DNA from: Lingula anatina
Lineage: Eukaryota > Animalia > Brachiopoda
NCBI GenBank assembly: GCA_051362555.1
Contig: CM120643.1
Coordinates: forward strand, 20,278,848 to 20,342,847
Reading direction: 5' to 3'
DNA: 64,000 bases
Each line of letters starts with the position of its first letter. Position 1 is the first letter of the stretch. Below the pieces are notes generated by a model that saw nothing but the letters and a program-made list of their open reading frames with translations, was not told the origin of the DNA and did no database searches. Made by a program: the position numbers and the translations under genes. Below, piece after piece: positions 23,076-36,358 of the stretch.

Positions 23076-23786
23076 ATTGTCACCTTTTTTTTTCCCTTGT
23101 TGAATCGGTCAGTAATTGCGCAGGTGTATCGAGACGAGAATCCCCCAAGACAGAGAGTCCACTGTCCTTCCATTCATTTATACAGGTAAGCCTTGCCCTA
23201 GATTTTAAACCATTTTGGCTAGCCCTAACTATTATAAGCTCTAAAGCCTAACCATTATAAGCTCTAAAGCTCTAAATTAACATCAGCAATTTAGTCCTTT
23301 TTCCCAGCTCATGTACACACTGCATGCATTTGGCCGATGTACACGTGTAACAGTAAGGACAACCATTACTTGGGAATAGTATTCCTACTGGGACCTAGGT
23401 TCCTGGCTAATGATTATAGTAGGTAGGACTTACTGGCGGACTTTTATTCCTGTTACACCTATGACAGTAATGTAAGTCCGGCCATTTGAAAGTCCTATCC
23501 TTATGCAATAACGGTTAAATGATGCAACTATTAATGAATATGGAAATCCTTGTGGTGAGCCATATATAAGAAAAAATGGACAGTTTGTAACTACAGCTCG
23601 TCTGTGTAGTGGTTAGCGCGCAAGCCCTTAAGGTAACTATTCAATTAACGTCCTACCTTTGACTTGACCTCTCCCCCCCCCCCCCCCCACCTTCCCCCGT
23701 ATTAATTATTGTAGCAAAATGTACTATTGTGTTTTTAATGTCTAACATATGTTTGAAATTCCGTGATCATTACTCCTTCAACTTTT

Positions 23787-23822
<36 letters not shown>

Positions 23823-23871
23823 TAAGCGTCAAAGCGCCAAAAATAGCAAAGGAATATTACAGAAAATTATA

Positions 23872-24907
23872 CAGACTTGACATTTAAAATGGAATATGTC
23901 AGTTTCAAAGGTATCCCTATAGGTAAAAATGCGTTCTTTTTTCAAAAATCTCCGATCTCATATAAGATATGTGAATGGGCAAGTGTGTATTCAGGTGTGA
24001 CATTTCCAATTAACTGACTACCATGTCTGTTGCACTGCTACATTGTTTAATATGCAGTGATTTGATTGGGTAGTGCTCCTTTGGGCTGGTCAAAGCTTGG
24101 CTTTTGCAAAGCGTGGTTCTGTCAAAAAAGTATCCAGATGTCGGCAACTACTGCAAATAAAAAATTCGAAAATTTGCATGCAAGCAGTCGGTTTTGCAGT
24201 GCGTAAAATGAGCTAAGCATTGTTTTACAAAATTTTTAATCTGTGGCAGAATGGCGCGAAAAAGACAGACATTGCCGGACAGATTATTGCGCCAAACGGA
24301 CTGGTCGGCACGCCAAGGCCACGCCCAGTGTATCGAAATCTTACCACCTGGGTACAGGACTCACTGTCCTTCCGGATATGCTGCTGAAAATAAACAAAAC
24401 CACCCAGTCCGTTCAGAATGAACGTGTTTTTCAAGGCCCTTGGCGAACCCCAACTGGTTTTAGCAGGTTAGAATACCAGACGACCTACAAGGAACCCACT
24501 GTAGACAGTAAAACATCGTCGTCTCTTCCTCTAATGAATTGGGGACCATGTCCGTTTCTGGGTAGAACACTGAAACCGCGTGACTTTCTTTATTGAAGTC
24601 AGATTTCACTTGTACCGCTCAACCAGCCAAAACAGAGTTTACAGACATCGAGATGAGGCCTACGACGAAACGTGTGCCGCGTCTAAAGTGACTGGGGTCA
24701 TTGACAGCGTCAGTATTTGGAGTGGCTACCACATTGGTGCCAAAACACCGATGGCAGTCATCGATGAAAACCTGAACCAGATATGAATTATCTGGGAACC
24801 ACTTGACTCTCATTTGATAGAGGGCACCTTAGGAACAATTTTAGGTTGCACGGTGAGATTGCTGGTTCACACAGAGCACTAACAATAGCAGATTACTTAC
24901 AAAACCA
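23872..24907 (+). mobile_element. Truncated second copy of the Tc1-like element (inverted relative to 12857-14485)
   Basis: TA-CAGACTTGACATTT left end. Frames give [25 protein letters not shown]...[25 protein letters not shown]. Homology stops at ~24907. Confidence 0.85.
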
Positions 24908-24957
24908 AGAAAATGTACCCTTCCCCCCCAAAAAAAAATTATTTTGATAATTATATA

Positions 24958-25187
24958 CACACACTGGACAATAGAAGTGTCACCCCTACTGAACCAATAC
25001 TTTGGGGGAGATAAATGACTTTGGAATGATATGCTCCTGGTATTAACATCAAATTTCACAAAAAGACCAACAATACAATTCCATGGTGCAGCGGTTTTAT
25101 ACTCGTTAGTCACATTATAAGTAGATCAGGCATTATAACTTGGATTACTGTGATTCAGGGGGTGACACTTCTATTGTCCAGTGTGTG
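24958..25187. mobile_element. Tc1/mariner-type MITE with perfect 29-bp TIRs
   Basis: TA-CACACACTGGACAATAGAAGTGTCACCCC ... GGGGTGACACTTCTATTGTCCAGTGTGTG-TA. Confidence 0.88.
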
Positions 25188-25630
25188 TAGGTTACTGAAA
25201 TCGAAATAATTTACAAGTTGCAGATATAGACAGAAATTAGTGAGCGTATCCCTTTAGAATAATGCATACTTTTAGATCAATTAAGCACAGGTTATTATGT
25301 GCTGGTTAAATAAAACGGAATAAAGAGCTGCGAAAACTTTTTCTTTAAAAGATATCCTTTGTCTCACAACAATGATTCAGCAGTCTATTGCACATTACGA
25401 GCATTATCTTCCAAATGTGTTAGTTGCGAAACCTGACAAATTGTGACAATTATTTCTCTTTCCTACTACATTTTTCGTCCATTCCGTCAAGGAAATAAAT
25501 ACAAAGAATGTAGCCTTATAGCTGAAGAAATGCACAGGCGTGTTTTTAAGTACTGAAGCTTCATTTTGTGATATTTACTCCTGGAAGGAGCTTACTTTAG
25601 AAGAAATTAAGAAAATGTAATAAACGTAAG

Positions 25631-25661
<31 letters not shown>

Positions 25662-27551
25662 TTGACTATTAGAATTCTTCAACTGTTTAAAGATTTTAAA
25701 CGCTTGTTCCAAACTCGGTTATATATAAATTTTTGACATTCATTCATTCATATTTGAATATATTACTCCTCAAATGCTGTATGTACCTCAGTAGCGTTGA
25801 TCTTGCCTGTGCGTTCTTTTAAGTAACAATGCAATTTAAATTAGTATATCCATCAGATAAATTTAACTTTGAAGGTAACAAATGGTTTCACAAAGAAGAA
25901 TCGATGGAATGAAAATCTCATTATTTATTGATTGGCTATTCAAAAAAAAAATGAAGCTTGTATAAACCTAATGATAAAACACCGTAATGTAAGTGCACTT
26001 TATGGCGAGACTTTATATCCGCATTCTAGTCGATTACGGACACCAAAGATTTTTATTCAATAAAGAGTCCATACCTACGAGTAAATCCTTGCAGCCCAGC
26101 TATCAGTGTCATTGTGCTAATATTATTGGCAAGACGTTATGCTGCGTATAGGGTCCCACAAATTCTACAAATCTTTTGTTTTTATACAATTAGCATAGGC
26201 CGAGCGTTTAGTCCTAGGTAAAGAAGACCCAAATTTATTTGCAATGTCATTTAAATTTGTTAGTAATTCTAGTTCAAATATAATAAAAAAAATTATATTG
26301 AACCGCCAGATGCTGTTTGTCTTTTTTTTTTGTTTCCGTCCGTTTAAAAGAATTGAATGGATAATTTTTATTTTGCTTTCACCGCGAGTTAGAATAAAAT
26401 ATGCTAAAATGTTTGACGTAGGGATGCACGCGTTGGCACGCACATATACGTACATGTACATGTAAAGGTTACTTCAATATTGGCACAGAGGAATATCCAT
26501 GATCTGCAGATTAACAGTCTGACGACAACGATAAGATTAGTGACAGGCACGAGCAATAGGATATCTTATGGCAAGGATTCCGTTAGATATACCTGTATTG
26601 AATGACAGCTTCTTAAAAATATCCTCGAAATCTATCTTGGACAGTAGTAAAAAAACTAAGAAAAGTAAGAGGGCGAAATAATTTGCTGTCATTCATTTTC
26701 CCAACGTGACATTACATAAAAAGAACAAGATAGCCTACTGAAACCCATAGCCGGTACATGTAATTGCAAGAAACAGATAAGAATTGCAGTTGCGAGAAAA
26801 CATTATTTGTCAAAGGTTATCTTAGCTGCAAATATCAATATTTGAAGTACACATTACGTTGCATAAGAAATTGTGTTTTGTGGTTGTTCTTGCATATCGG
26901 GAAAAAATCACGTAAGTGATTTCATTGTTTAATTTTGGTTCCAAGTCCATTTATGTGCACATGTGCGTCGGTTATAACATGTAAAATTAAATAGTACGAT
27001 GACAAATCAAAAATTCAATATTTCTCTGTTTCAGCTGGAATGGTGTAGTATCTGTGAAGGAGATTACCTGAGTGCGACTATGTAAACGTGTATTATGTCA
27101 TCGTTTCTAGTCAGGTTATCTTCTTGTCCCGACATCAAGCCGTCCCGACGACAAAGCAACGCAGGAGATTGACTCTTCGAAATAAAAGCATATTATCACA
27201 CGTTCAGAAGGCCAGGTAAGAAGAATTGTCTCTTTCCAATCAAAATGTGCTATTTGACACGGAAGTGAGAAGAAGTGAACTAAATACGACTACGATTAGG
27301 TATGTTCCTCAAGTGAGGTGAAGAAAAATTTCACACAAAACGAGCGCATATATATATATATATATACCACCAAATATACAGGTGATAATGATAATAGATA
27401 TGTTAACAATTGATGATGAAAACAATAAATTACAGTATAAGCAAAACAAGTTGGTTATACACGTAGGATAAAGCGCACTGGCTAGTAGAGCTATACTGCA
27501 TACATGTACACTGTTTTGATGAGAGGAAGAGAAATCCGAGTACTGAACCAG

Positions 27552-27856
27552 TAACTGTTCATTTTGGCCCAAAAATGAATTTTTCTAGAGTAAACAACAA
27601 TTTACCCATACTTACCAATGATTAATGAATTTATTTCTACATTCAAAGTTAGTCGCTGTTTTTTTTTCAAAAAAAATTTTTTTATACAGAGTGTAGCCAT
27701 CTATGGAGGTCACGTGGTCTGATGAGAAGCTCAGATATCATAATAATAGCTATAACTGCCATTTTTGTGGTAAAACGGAATATATTATATTTCTGTGAGT
27801 TATTTACAATGTTTTTATTGTGAAATATAGATCTCACACGAAGAGTTATTATCACT
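27552..27856. mobile_element. Second copy of the TTAA (Kolobok-like) MITE, left TIR eroded
   Basis: Colinear with 5352-5689. Right end reads GAAGAGTTATTATCACT-TTAA. Confidence 0.75.
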
Positions 27857-28193
27857 TTAAGTATAGAACACAAATGGCGTATGTGATAATTTTACTGACA
27901 AGGATTACCGGAGCACCTGTATTTGCATGTTGCTTTAGTTGATATTCGACATACTCCGTAACGCAGCCTCAATATGAGTTGGATAGGTTTTAATTTGATT
28001 GTTTAAATTAGCATGCATGTCTGGGCTTATACAAATGTAATAACATTATTTTTATAGTTATTTTTGGATGAATGAGAGGAACAGACTTCTTTCCCCTTGT
28101 AGTGTGCGGACGCTCATTTTTATTTATATATATATATATATATTTCTGATTTTTTCTTCTCGTTGAATTGATAGGTTGCAGTCCTCCTCGACC

Positions 28194-30053
28194 ATGAAGA
28201 TCACGATAGGGCTTTTTGCAAGTTCGTATTTGTTACTAATTTTTTCTTTTCAATCTATATAATGACTTATCATTCAATTCAATAATTGTTGTCGCATATC
28301 TTGAAGAAAAGAAGCTTAACATATCTTGGCGTTGCGGAACGAGAACAAACTAGTTTCTTAGTTGGATCACATCAGTCTTATTAGAAACATTTTAAATGAT
28401 TAAATGTAGATATATATATATATCCATTTTAGTTGCTGCCTTGGTTGTTTTGGCGGACACAAGACCGCGGCCCCGTAACCTTGTCCAGTTTGCTCTGATG
28501 GTAAACAAAGCCACGGGGCGCAGTGCCTTGGATTTCAACGACTACGGCTGTTATTGCGGCCTGGGAGGCAAGGGAAAACCGGTGGACGATTTGGACAAGT
28601 ACAGTCCCTTGCAGGCATTTGCTAATATATAGAAGGTGGATTCAGGAGTCACACACACACACACACACACGCACACACACACACGCACACACACATGCAT
28701 TAGGGAAAGGGCGTTGTATCAATAATGAAATCCTGGATCCGCCAGAGATTAGTATTTTTAAATAAAAGTATTGTTAAAACATCCATTTTCTTAGTACAGG
28801 TGAAACAATATCTACCAATTTACAGTGCACATAGGTAAAAAAGTAAAAATCATTTCTGCCTTTGCCTAAGAGACGTGATCTTTCCATCAAAGAAATCATG
28901 CGCAACGAAAACGTCCAGAACAAACAAAGCTGCTGTATAGAAACAATTTACTTTTCTTGTTCTTGTCTTTACACGTTTACTGAAAAAAAAGATGGATTTC
29001 AGACTGTAAATACATATAGTATAAACATTATTTCAATATTATACACAAGGGACACTTAATTGGTATGTACATACTAGTACCATATATGTTTAATACATAT
29101 ATATATACATGTATACGAAAATAACCACTCTAAAATGCTCTTGTGAAATATCTGTATTAGATGCTGCAAAGTACACGACTTTTGCTACGAAATGGTTAGC
29201 CACGAGGGATGCTGGAACGCCAAAGTGGGCACCTACGACTACCGTACTAACGGGACAGATATCACGTGTGGTGAGTGTCACGTGTACAGCACGTGATCAT
29301 TTTTGCTTTGTGATATAAATTCTATTAAAAACAATCTGACCGTTTACTCCTTTTTAAAAAATCACATTGACTCTTTTGGCGAATCATCTCAACATTTACA
29401 TCAGGCGAAATTAAGAAAAAAATTAGCTAAAAGCTCATTCATCAATGAACGTCAACAACCAGATACACCTGCACGGCAAAAACTTTCTTTGATTTCTGTG
29501 ATGGACCAATGTGCTACTGGTCCAGTATTCTTATTGAGAAGACGGGTTTAATGGAACTCGAATAATTTTTAAATGCGAAATGTTACGACTATTTGCCTGT
29601 ATATCTTCCAGTACATTGCTTTTGGGTGTAATTTGACTATATAGCCTATACGGCTTCTTTTCAAAGTTTAATAATAGATACCTGTACATCCCAAGAATAT
29701 ATACGAAAGAAGATTTAAATAGGTTTGTAGAGCACAGGAATAACAAAGTTTTTTGTGTCTTTTCGCACATTATACTGCGGAATTTTTCAAAGGGGGAGAA
29801 GAGGGCACCTCCGAAGGTAATGGGGACAAATTCTCGCTTCTCGCTGTACCCTCTCCCTTCCCTTGATCCGCGTCTTCAGCCATAATCAAAATATGTGTGA
29901 CCGCGCATGTTCCATATTTCAGATTACTACACCAATGACAACTGTGACTACATGACGTGTGAGTGTGACAGGGTCGCGGCACTGTGTTTTGCCAGTAACA
30001 CCTACAATGACAGTCACAAGGCCATCAACAGAGACGGATTCTGTTCAGGTTGA
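28194..30053 (+). CDS. Secreted phospholipase A2 (group I/II/V/X collection), paralogue 1
   Basis: Exons 28194-28221, 28433-28598, 29161-29270 and 29923-30053 give [33 protein letters not shown]...[27 protein letters not shown]...[12 protein letters not shown]...GFCSG*. The Ca-binding loop, His48/Asp49 and Asp99 are intact. A probable non-coding first exon ends at 27215 (AG/GTAAGA). Confidence 0.92.
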
Positions 30054-30186
30054 TCTCGACCAATCACTGCCAAAAACCTAATAACTGACTATTCTATTTC
30101 TGTTGTTGGCTCGAGTCATAAAACAATAGTAAAATATGTTATATTACAGTACCCAGTTATTCCGATGAATAAATAAAAATCAATTA

Positions 30187-30229
<43 letters not shown>

Positions 30230-31496
30230 AGACTGTCACACGCACAACCTAATTTTTACGGGATCTTAAAAAAGTAAGGGGTATGCTATAACGTCTCTAA
30301 ATAATCCGACTTTCCTTACAGAGATCTACCGTCACTCAGGAAAGCAGAAAGCCCCCGAAAGCCTTCTGAAAAATAAATGATAATCTAACGCTCTTCCCTT
30401 TCTTAAAATCTTTGCACTACATGTCACGTGGCATCCACTTGGACTTTTTTGACAGCAACTGCTATATTTCGCGTTGTAGTAGGCCTACATGTATTTCGTA
30501 AATCTACAAGCGTTATACCTTTGAAGATCCTCTGATACTCTGCATGAAAATATCGTTTTACGATCTACCCCCTTATCTTGCCTTGAACTTTGACAAAGCG
30601 TGGCATAACATGTACAGAGAGACAGGAGATAAAGGGTCATTTTGCTAAAACATATCTATTTACACTTCAAAACGGTCAATCACGATTTCAAAACAGGAAA
30701 AAGAAGATTATATCACATGTGCTATTTTCACACCAGTCCCGTTATTGAAAACATAAATTTCGAGTTTCCACAAGTGTCGACGCCTCTCTTTCCAAGGTGA
30801 CGAGCATAAGTAGATACGTTTTGAGCTTGATACTGCGAGGTCTGCGACACAAATGTGATTAGTATAAAACTTGTATTTTATGTTCTTGTAATGTGTTCTA
30901 AGATAAGATATAGGATATATGTATTTTAGGTTTTATCTTTAAGTTAAAGTTATCTTTACTGGTAAGTTAATTTATACGGTTAAATTTAGAATTTCATATA
31001 TTTAAAACTCTTATTAGTTTATGATATAATTAGTGTTTATTGTAAGAAGCAAAGACATCTTTATAGAATGCTCTTCATAAAACACTCTTCTTTTTCTTCT
31101 TATTTTTGCTTTTGATATTTGAAATCGGAAAAAGTTACTTATGTTGATTTATTATATATCATCTATTCATTTAGTCATCTCTCAAATGTCCATATTATTG
31201 CTATATTTTTTATATAAATGTTTTGTATGTGATGTGGATAGAACATGTTTCCATATTAGTACTGGTGCCTGTTACAATAAATTAAATTTCTGCTAGATCT
31301 CAGTTCATATTCTACTATGAAACATCTTCAAAATTCCAGCAGCGAGTCCACCGGTCTAGCAGACACCCAAGATGAGAATGTTACACATCGTTGCAAGTAA
31401 GTTCACCAGCCCAATGCCATAGCTGTTATTTTGTTTGTATCTTTAGATTAAGATTTGATTGCAAATTATCAAACAAATGTCGTAAGGCAGATATTA

Positions 31497-31601
31497 CCCG
31501 GTAAAGGCAGAACGTTTTATAACATTACTATGCCGTTACCATATAGTTTTTAATATAATATAAACTATGGTAACGTTATAATAACGTTACGTGTTTGCTG
31601 G
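31497..31601. repeat. Short TA-flanked CCCAGCAAACAC-type MITE remnant
   Basis: Ends TACCCGGTAAA... / ...GTGTTTGCTGGGTA with internal AACGTT repeats. A similar end (TGCTTGCTGGG) with CAACGTTG repeats lies at ~9220-9357. Confidence 0.45.
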
Positions 31602-31658
31602 GTAGCGAAGGCGCAAGTTTTAAAATACACCATTTCATATCCACACATATCATACAAT

Positions 31659-31697
<39 letters not shown>

Positions 31698-31845
31698 TAT
31701 GTAGACCCTGGTACCTATTATTTCTCACCAAATAACATCAATATTATTAGATACTTAGTTGGGCTATTTCGTATTCAAGTTTTCCTGTTGGCCAGCTTTG
31801 CCACAGCTAACCCTCAGAAACGAAACCTGGTGCAATTCAGAAATA

Positions 31846-34062
31846 CAGTGCCGCCGGAATGTCCCCTTACCAAATGGCCGTATGGTTTCCCAACCCTGCC
31901 CCATATGGTCGAACAATAGAGGCCGTATGATAATTACAGGGTAGGGGAATCCCCAAGCAATCCTTATCGGACACCCAAATTAGTCGGTTCAACGAACACG
32001 GTCTGCCCCTTCTTAATTGCCTCACTTAAGGTTTCTATTATAGCTGATGCAAAGAGATTGCTATCGACACGAGCAAACAATACCGGGTTATGTATCAACT
32101 GCAACAGAAGACTCGAGTAAAGGCAAGTCAAATATTAGAACAAAACTCTGAAGAACAAATCAGGCTTAGTTTTAAAACACGTATAACAATTTTATTTGAT
32201 GATAATAAGTCACGATCAACAAAAGCGTAGTTAAAATGGAAAATTTTAAATAGCTAATACATCAAATAAATATCAATGTCTCATTACCTTTATTACATGT
32301 GTTGCTAGTTTAGTAGCCTGATGCACGACCTTCTCTCTCAAGTACCGCTGGAATCACCTTCTTTAGGTGATTAATATATTTATTACTGTATAATACACTT
32401 TTCTGCGTTAATATGGTCATCTCCTCGTCTATAACGTTCATGTGGCGCAGGTCAACCTTTGAGGGACGTCCACTTCGTGGCTTATCTGCAATACCAAGCC
32501 CTTCGTCGTATTTCTTTAACGCATAGTAAATGGCTTGTCGCGACACTTTATGGCCTTCATTTTCCATTTGTGCGGTTATGTTTTTAATTCGCACCCCTTG
32601 TTCTCGGAGGGCGATGACACGCAGACGCACGTAATCGCTAAGAGGCATCTTGGAATTGTGATGATTTGGAAAATTTGAGTGTCGATTTATACCGTTCACT
32701 TGGCAGGTGACACGATGGCATGGAAATCAGTGACATAAACATGTCATATTAAAAAAAAATACTTATTGGCCATTTAGGAAGTCCAGATACACAAACAATC
32801 CTGTTGACACGTGTCAGTTGATTTAGAATTATGTGCAATTGATTAGTTTGGATTGAAGAGCGTCATCGCAATGTTAACATTAATTTTAGACGACGCGTGT
32901 CACACAGTAGTGATTATGTAATAGTCAGGGCTTAATTACTGTGTTTACCCAGCATGAATAAAGCTAACCTGAACTGATTGTTAATTAATGTGAGATGACA
33001 CGTGCCAACCAGTGAAGTTAGCCCGAGAGATTGTAATCCAGTTTTTTTAATTAATTTCTTTTGATGCGTTTAAGTATGAAGAAGGCTTTTGGTTAAGTTT
33101 GGGCTTTAGATCGTAAAGATGAACTATTCCTATCGTTTTGAATTACATATCAAACAATGATAGAGAAACAATTCCTACTTTGTGTCCTACAGAATCAAGG
33201 AATCAGTCTTTCGGCCGGCCACCCGTCGCCTTGTCAAATAAAGAAATATTCGAAATTCGACAACGGGCCAGTTCCCCAGCAACTTTTGCGTTCAGTTGAT
33301 GGGAAGGTTGTTTACGATTGATGAACGAATAAGAATGGACAGAAATGTTACGGGTGTAGATGGGAGAGATCCTATATGCAAATAAAGACTGAACTATATT
33401 AAAGATTTGGCTAACAAAATGTTTATCACTGAAACAACTGACAAGTCTTTTTGAAAAAAATGCATTTCGTCTATGAACAAACCTAATAGAAATATAAGGA
33501 CATACTATAAAAATAAATTTCAATCTTGTTAATAATATGTATATAGTAAAGACAGTTTGAAGCGTAATAAATATTACATGTACAAGTAGTGTTTTATTTG
33601 ATCTTTAATAAATTCATAAATTAATTTATTAAACTCTATGTAAATTCAATCAATTCATAGCTACAATGTACACGAAAATTGCTGTCATCACCGAATCTTT
33701 TTGGTAAAGCGACTTTTAAAAATCACTGTTGGCAAGTTCTTATACTTAAAATCTCCGTATCAGAGTAGAGTGATCAAAGTAGAGTGAAGCCACCGCGCAT
33801 TAAAGGTCAATTAACGCTTGGACGAACACTTAATTGCGAGCACGCTCACCTTCGATCTTTATCTCAGCGAGCTAGGGTTAGGCTCTTTTGTTAGCAGAAA
33901 GTTTGTCACGATAATTGCCCGACGGGCAGGGTATGGAACTATTGTTAACAGAAACCAAACAGCGTATGGATGACAATGTTATTTCCATAGTAACCGAGCC
34001 AGGCCGTCCGTAAAACCCGCAGCGACCCGGAGGGTAAGTAAGGGGAGATTCCGGCGGCACTG
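31846..34062 (-). mobile_element. 2217-bp IS630-Tc1-mariner element, internally deleted
   Basis: 25-bp TIRs CAGTGCCGCCGGAAT(G/C)TCCCCTTAC with one mismatch, and TA duplication at 31844-45 and 34063-64. Confidence 0.93.
32310..32648 (-). CDS. Truncated transposase: N-terminal HTH fused in frame to the C-terminal tail, no DDE domain (112 aa)
   Basis: MPLSDYVRLRVIALREQG...VSRQAIYYALKKY...DKPRSGRPSK (paired-like HTH plus GRP linker) joined to KYINHLKKVIPAVLEREGRASGY*, which resembles the C-termini of Tc1-family transposases. AATAAA lies ~15 nt after the stop. Confidence 0.7.
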   Translation of the reverse strand: MPLSDYVRLRVIALREQGVRIKNITAQMENEGHKVSRQAIYYALKKYDEGLGIADKPRSGRPSKVDLRHMNVIDEEMTILTQKSVLYSNKYINHLKKVIPAVLEREGRASGY

Positions 34063-36163
34063 TATGATTAATAATGCAAACATCCGTCCTTCACTGGATT
34101 ACAACAACTACGGATGCTGGTGTGGCAAAGGAGGACAGGGAACACCCGTCGACGGATTGGACAGGTGGATATTTTATTAGATTATAATTCATTCAATTTT
34201 TAAAAAACTTTTTATAGCAACCGACGTCGATGTTTGTGTGCACTCGTTATATACGATAATTTTGAATAATATTCGATCCAGAATTGATGTAATAGATGTG
34301 AAACATTAATAATTTTATATATCAAGTTATTTGATACACTCATTTCCTTTTTTTTTGTGTGTGTTTTGATTTCTTCTGAAAAAACTCTGAGCTATCAATT
34401 TGACCATTGGAAAGAAAATGGTATTTACTTGAATAAAATGTCCATTTTTGGTTTTTAAGTCCGAAGAGGTATTTTTCATCTTAACACAGGTGCTGCCAGA
34501 CACATGATTACTGCTATGATCGTGCAATAAGAGCCGGCTGCAGCACTTATATTTGGCATATTTATACATACACGCAGAACGGACTGTCTATTACTTGTGG
34601 TAATTGTCTATTTGTATCTCGTAGCGTCTATGTTTTTATAATGTATGTTGCATCCTTAATGTTTTATTGTTTGTAAGTGTTTTTCTGCAAACTAGTACAT
34701 TTGTTTGTGGTCAGTTTTCAATGCCAGTCAAATGTATATGTTGCACTGTACTGTACCGCACCATACTTCATTATATTAACTGATGGCTTTTATTTTAGAT
34801 TCAAGCAAGAATGATATTTGCAACCAAACGGTCTGCAACTGTGACAAAGCGGCGGTCCAGTGCTTCGCCAGAAACACATACCATTCAAACTTCAAAGATT
34901 ATGACAAAAGCAAGTGCTAGGTCGACAAAACACCATAATTTTATAATTTAAAAGGAGCTTTCTAGTAATTTAGAGGACAACATGTCTTCACTGGAGCCGG
35001 CAGAAAGCATTAAATCTGTATTTTTGAATTTTAATTGTAAGAAAAAAATCCGCTTTTGATTATTCGAGGACAGTAACGCCTAATTCCATTTTCAAAATTA
35101 TTTAATCATTGCTTAAAACTTGAATAAAATAGCACTTAAGTCTTAACTATTGTCATAAATTCAAAAGTTCGAAGGTACATGTAGTTCTCTTATCTCATAA
35201 AGTGTGTTCCCTCTTATACATGTAGTGCTTTTATTTTTAATTTTGTTAAAAAACACGTTATTTTATTCTAATCGAAGAAAGCAGTCAAGATGTGATTAAA
35301 AATCTAGCAAATGAGTCATTGTCGCTTTAAAACGGGAAAATAAGTATGAGTATACAGATATATATTTCTTCATTTTCTGTTTTTATTTCTACATTGTAAA
35401 TAGTTTTATTAAGTGAAAATGACGGTTTCGGTTTGATAGAGCACAAATATATCGACCACCTGCTCTTTGAACGTTGGAAGTAAGTTATGACAGAAATGTT
35501 TAGATGGCGAAGGACTTCCACTGTTTATGTTGTAAAACTCCATTCAGACAACCTCGCTTTGTTTTTTAGGCCAGCACAGCGCTTTGACTTAAGAATTCAA
35601 TTTTTCGTTGTGCCAAAACTAAAATAGGTACAGTCATGCAAATTTGAGCATTTATTAAAATCATCTCTTGCCTAAAATATCCTAAATTCCATTGCAGTAT
35701 CTTCAAAACTGTTGAAGTAATTGAACTTTGGAATGAGTAATTTTTTAAGACACCCGATATACCTGTAGAATAACGATTTCACGACCGCTCGAGCACATTC
35801 AAAGTACCTACGTGTACTATATGATATACTGGTAGGACCCCTATGTGTACTTTCTGTATACAGAATTTAGTACAGTTCATCAACTGTTCCCAGTCACAAG
35901 AGAACTGTAACAATTAGGCCATATTGAAAAGACAGGGCCCAGTTTCAAAAGAAAACTTGAGACAGAAAATTGTTCTTAACATTGAGGCTAAAACTCAGTC
36001 ACTTCATACCAGGTTAAATCCGTTGTGGCCGGTTTAAATAAGATAATTAATGGTCTTAAACATTGTCATTTTATTTTTTTGATTTTCATCGAATTGGACT
36101 ACAGTAGACTTAAAGTGAATACAAACTTTCGGTCCAAAGGTCATTAGTGATATCGGTCCCTTA

Positions 36164-36358
36164 GGCCACATTCACAAACAGTTGATCCGAGGACTAACAG
36201 GTTCGCTGATCAAATATGGCCCACAAACCTGAAAGCTTGCCGCATAATTCCCTAACAGACACTGAATAGGTTCCCCCCCGAGGATTACGCAACATGCAAG
36301 TTTCAAGTGGGTCGCGGATCAGTTAGTCCGGGGATCAACTTTGGTTGTGAATACGGCC
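36164..36358. mobile_element. Harbinger-type MITE, family B
   Basis: TTA duplication with TIR GGCCACATTCACAAACAGTTGATCC / GGATCAACTTTGGTTGTGAATACGGCC. Confidence 0.8.

Larger units (their letters stand above)
31372..34920 (+). pseudogene. Secreted phospholipase A2 paralogue 2, coding exon 2 interrupted by a Tc1/mariner insertion
   Basis: Exons 31372-31396, 31780-31845 + 34065-34164, 34490-34599 and 34799-34920. Removing the element and one TA restores [56 protein letters not shown]...CCQTHDYCY...CNCDKAAVQCF...KSKC* with no other lesion. Confidence 0.9.

Noticed and set aside
23595-23632. tRNA 5'-half-like GCTCGTCTGTGTAGTGGTTAGCGCG (similar fragment near 11529-11565)
   Set aside because: There is no B box or 3' half. 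At most these are SINE-head remnants.
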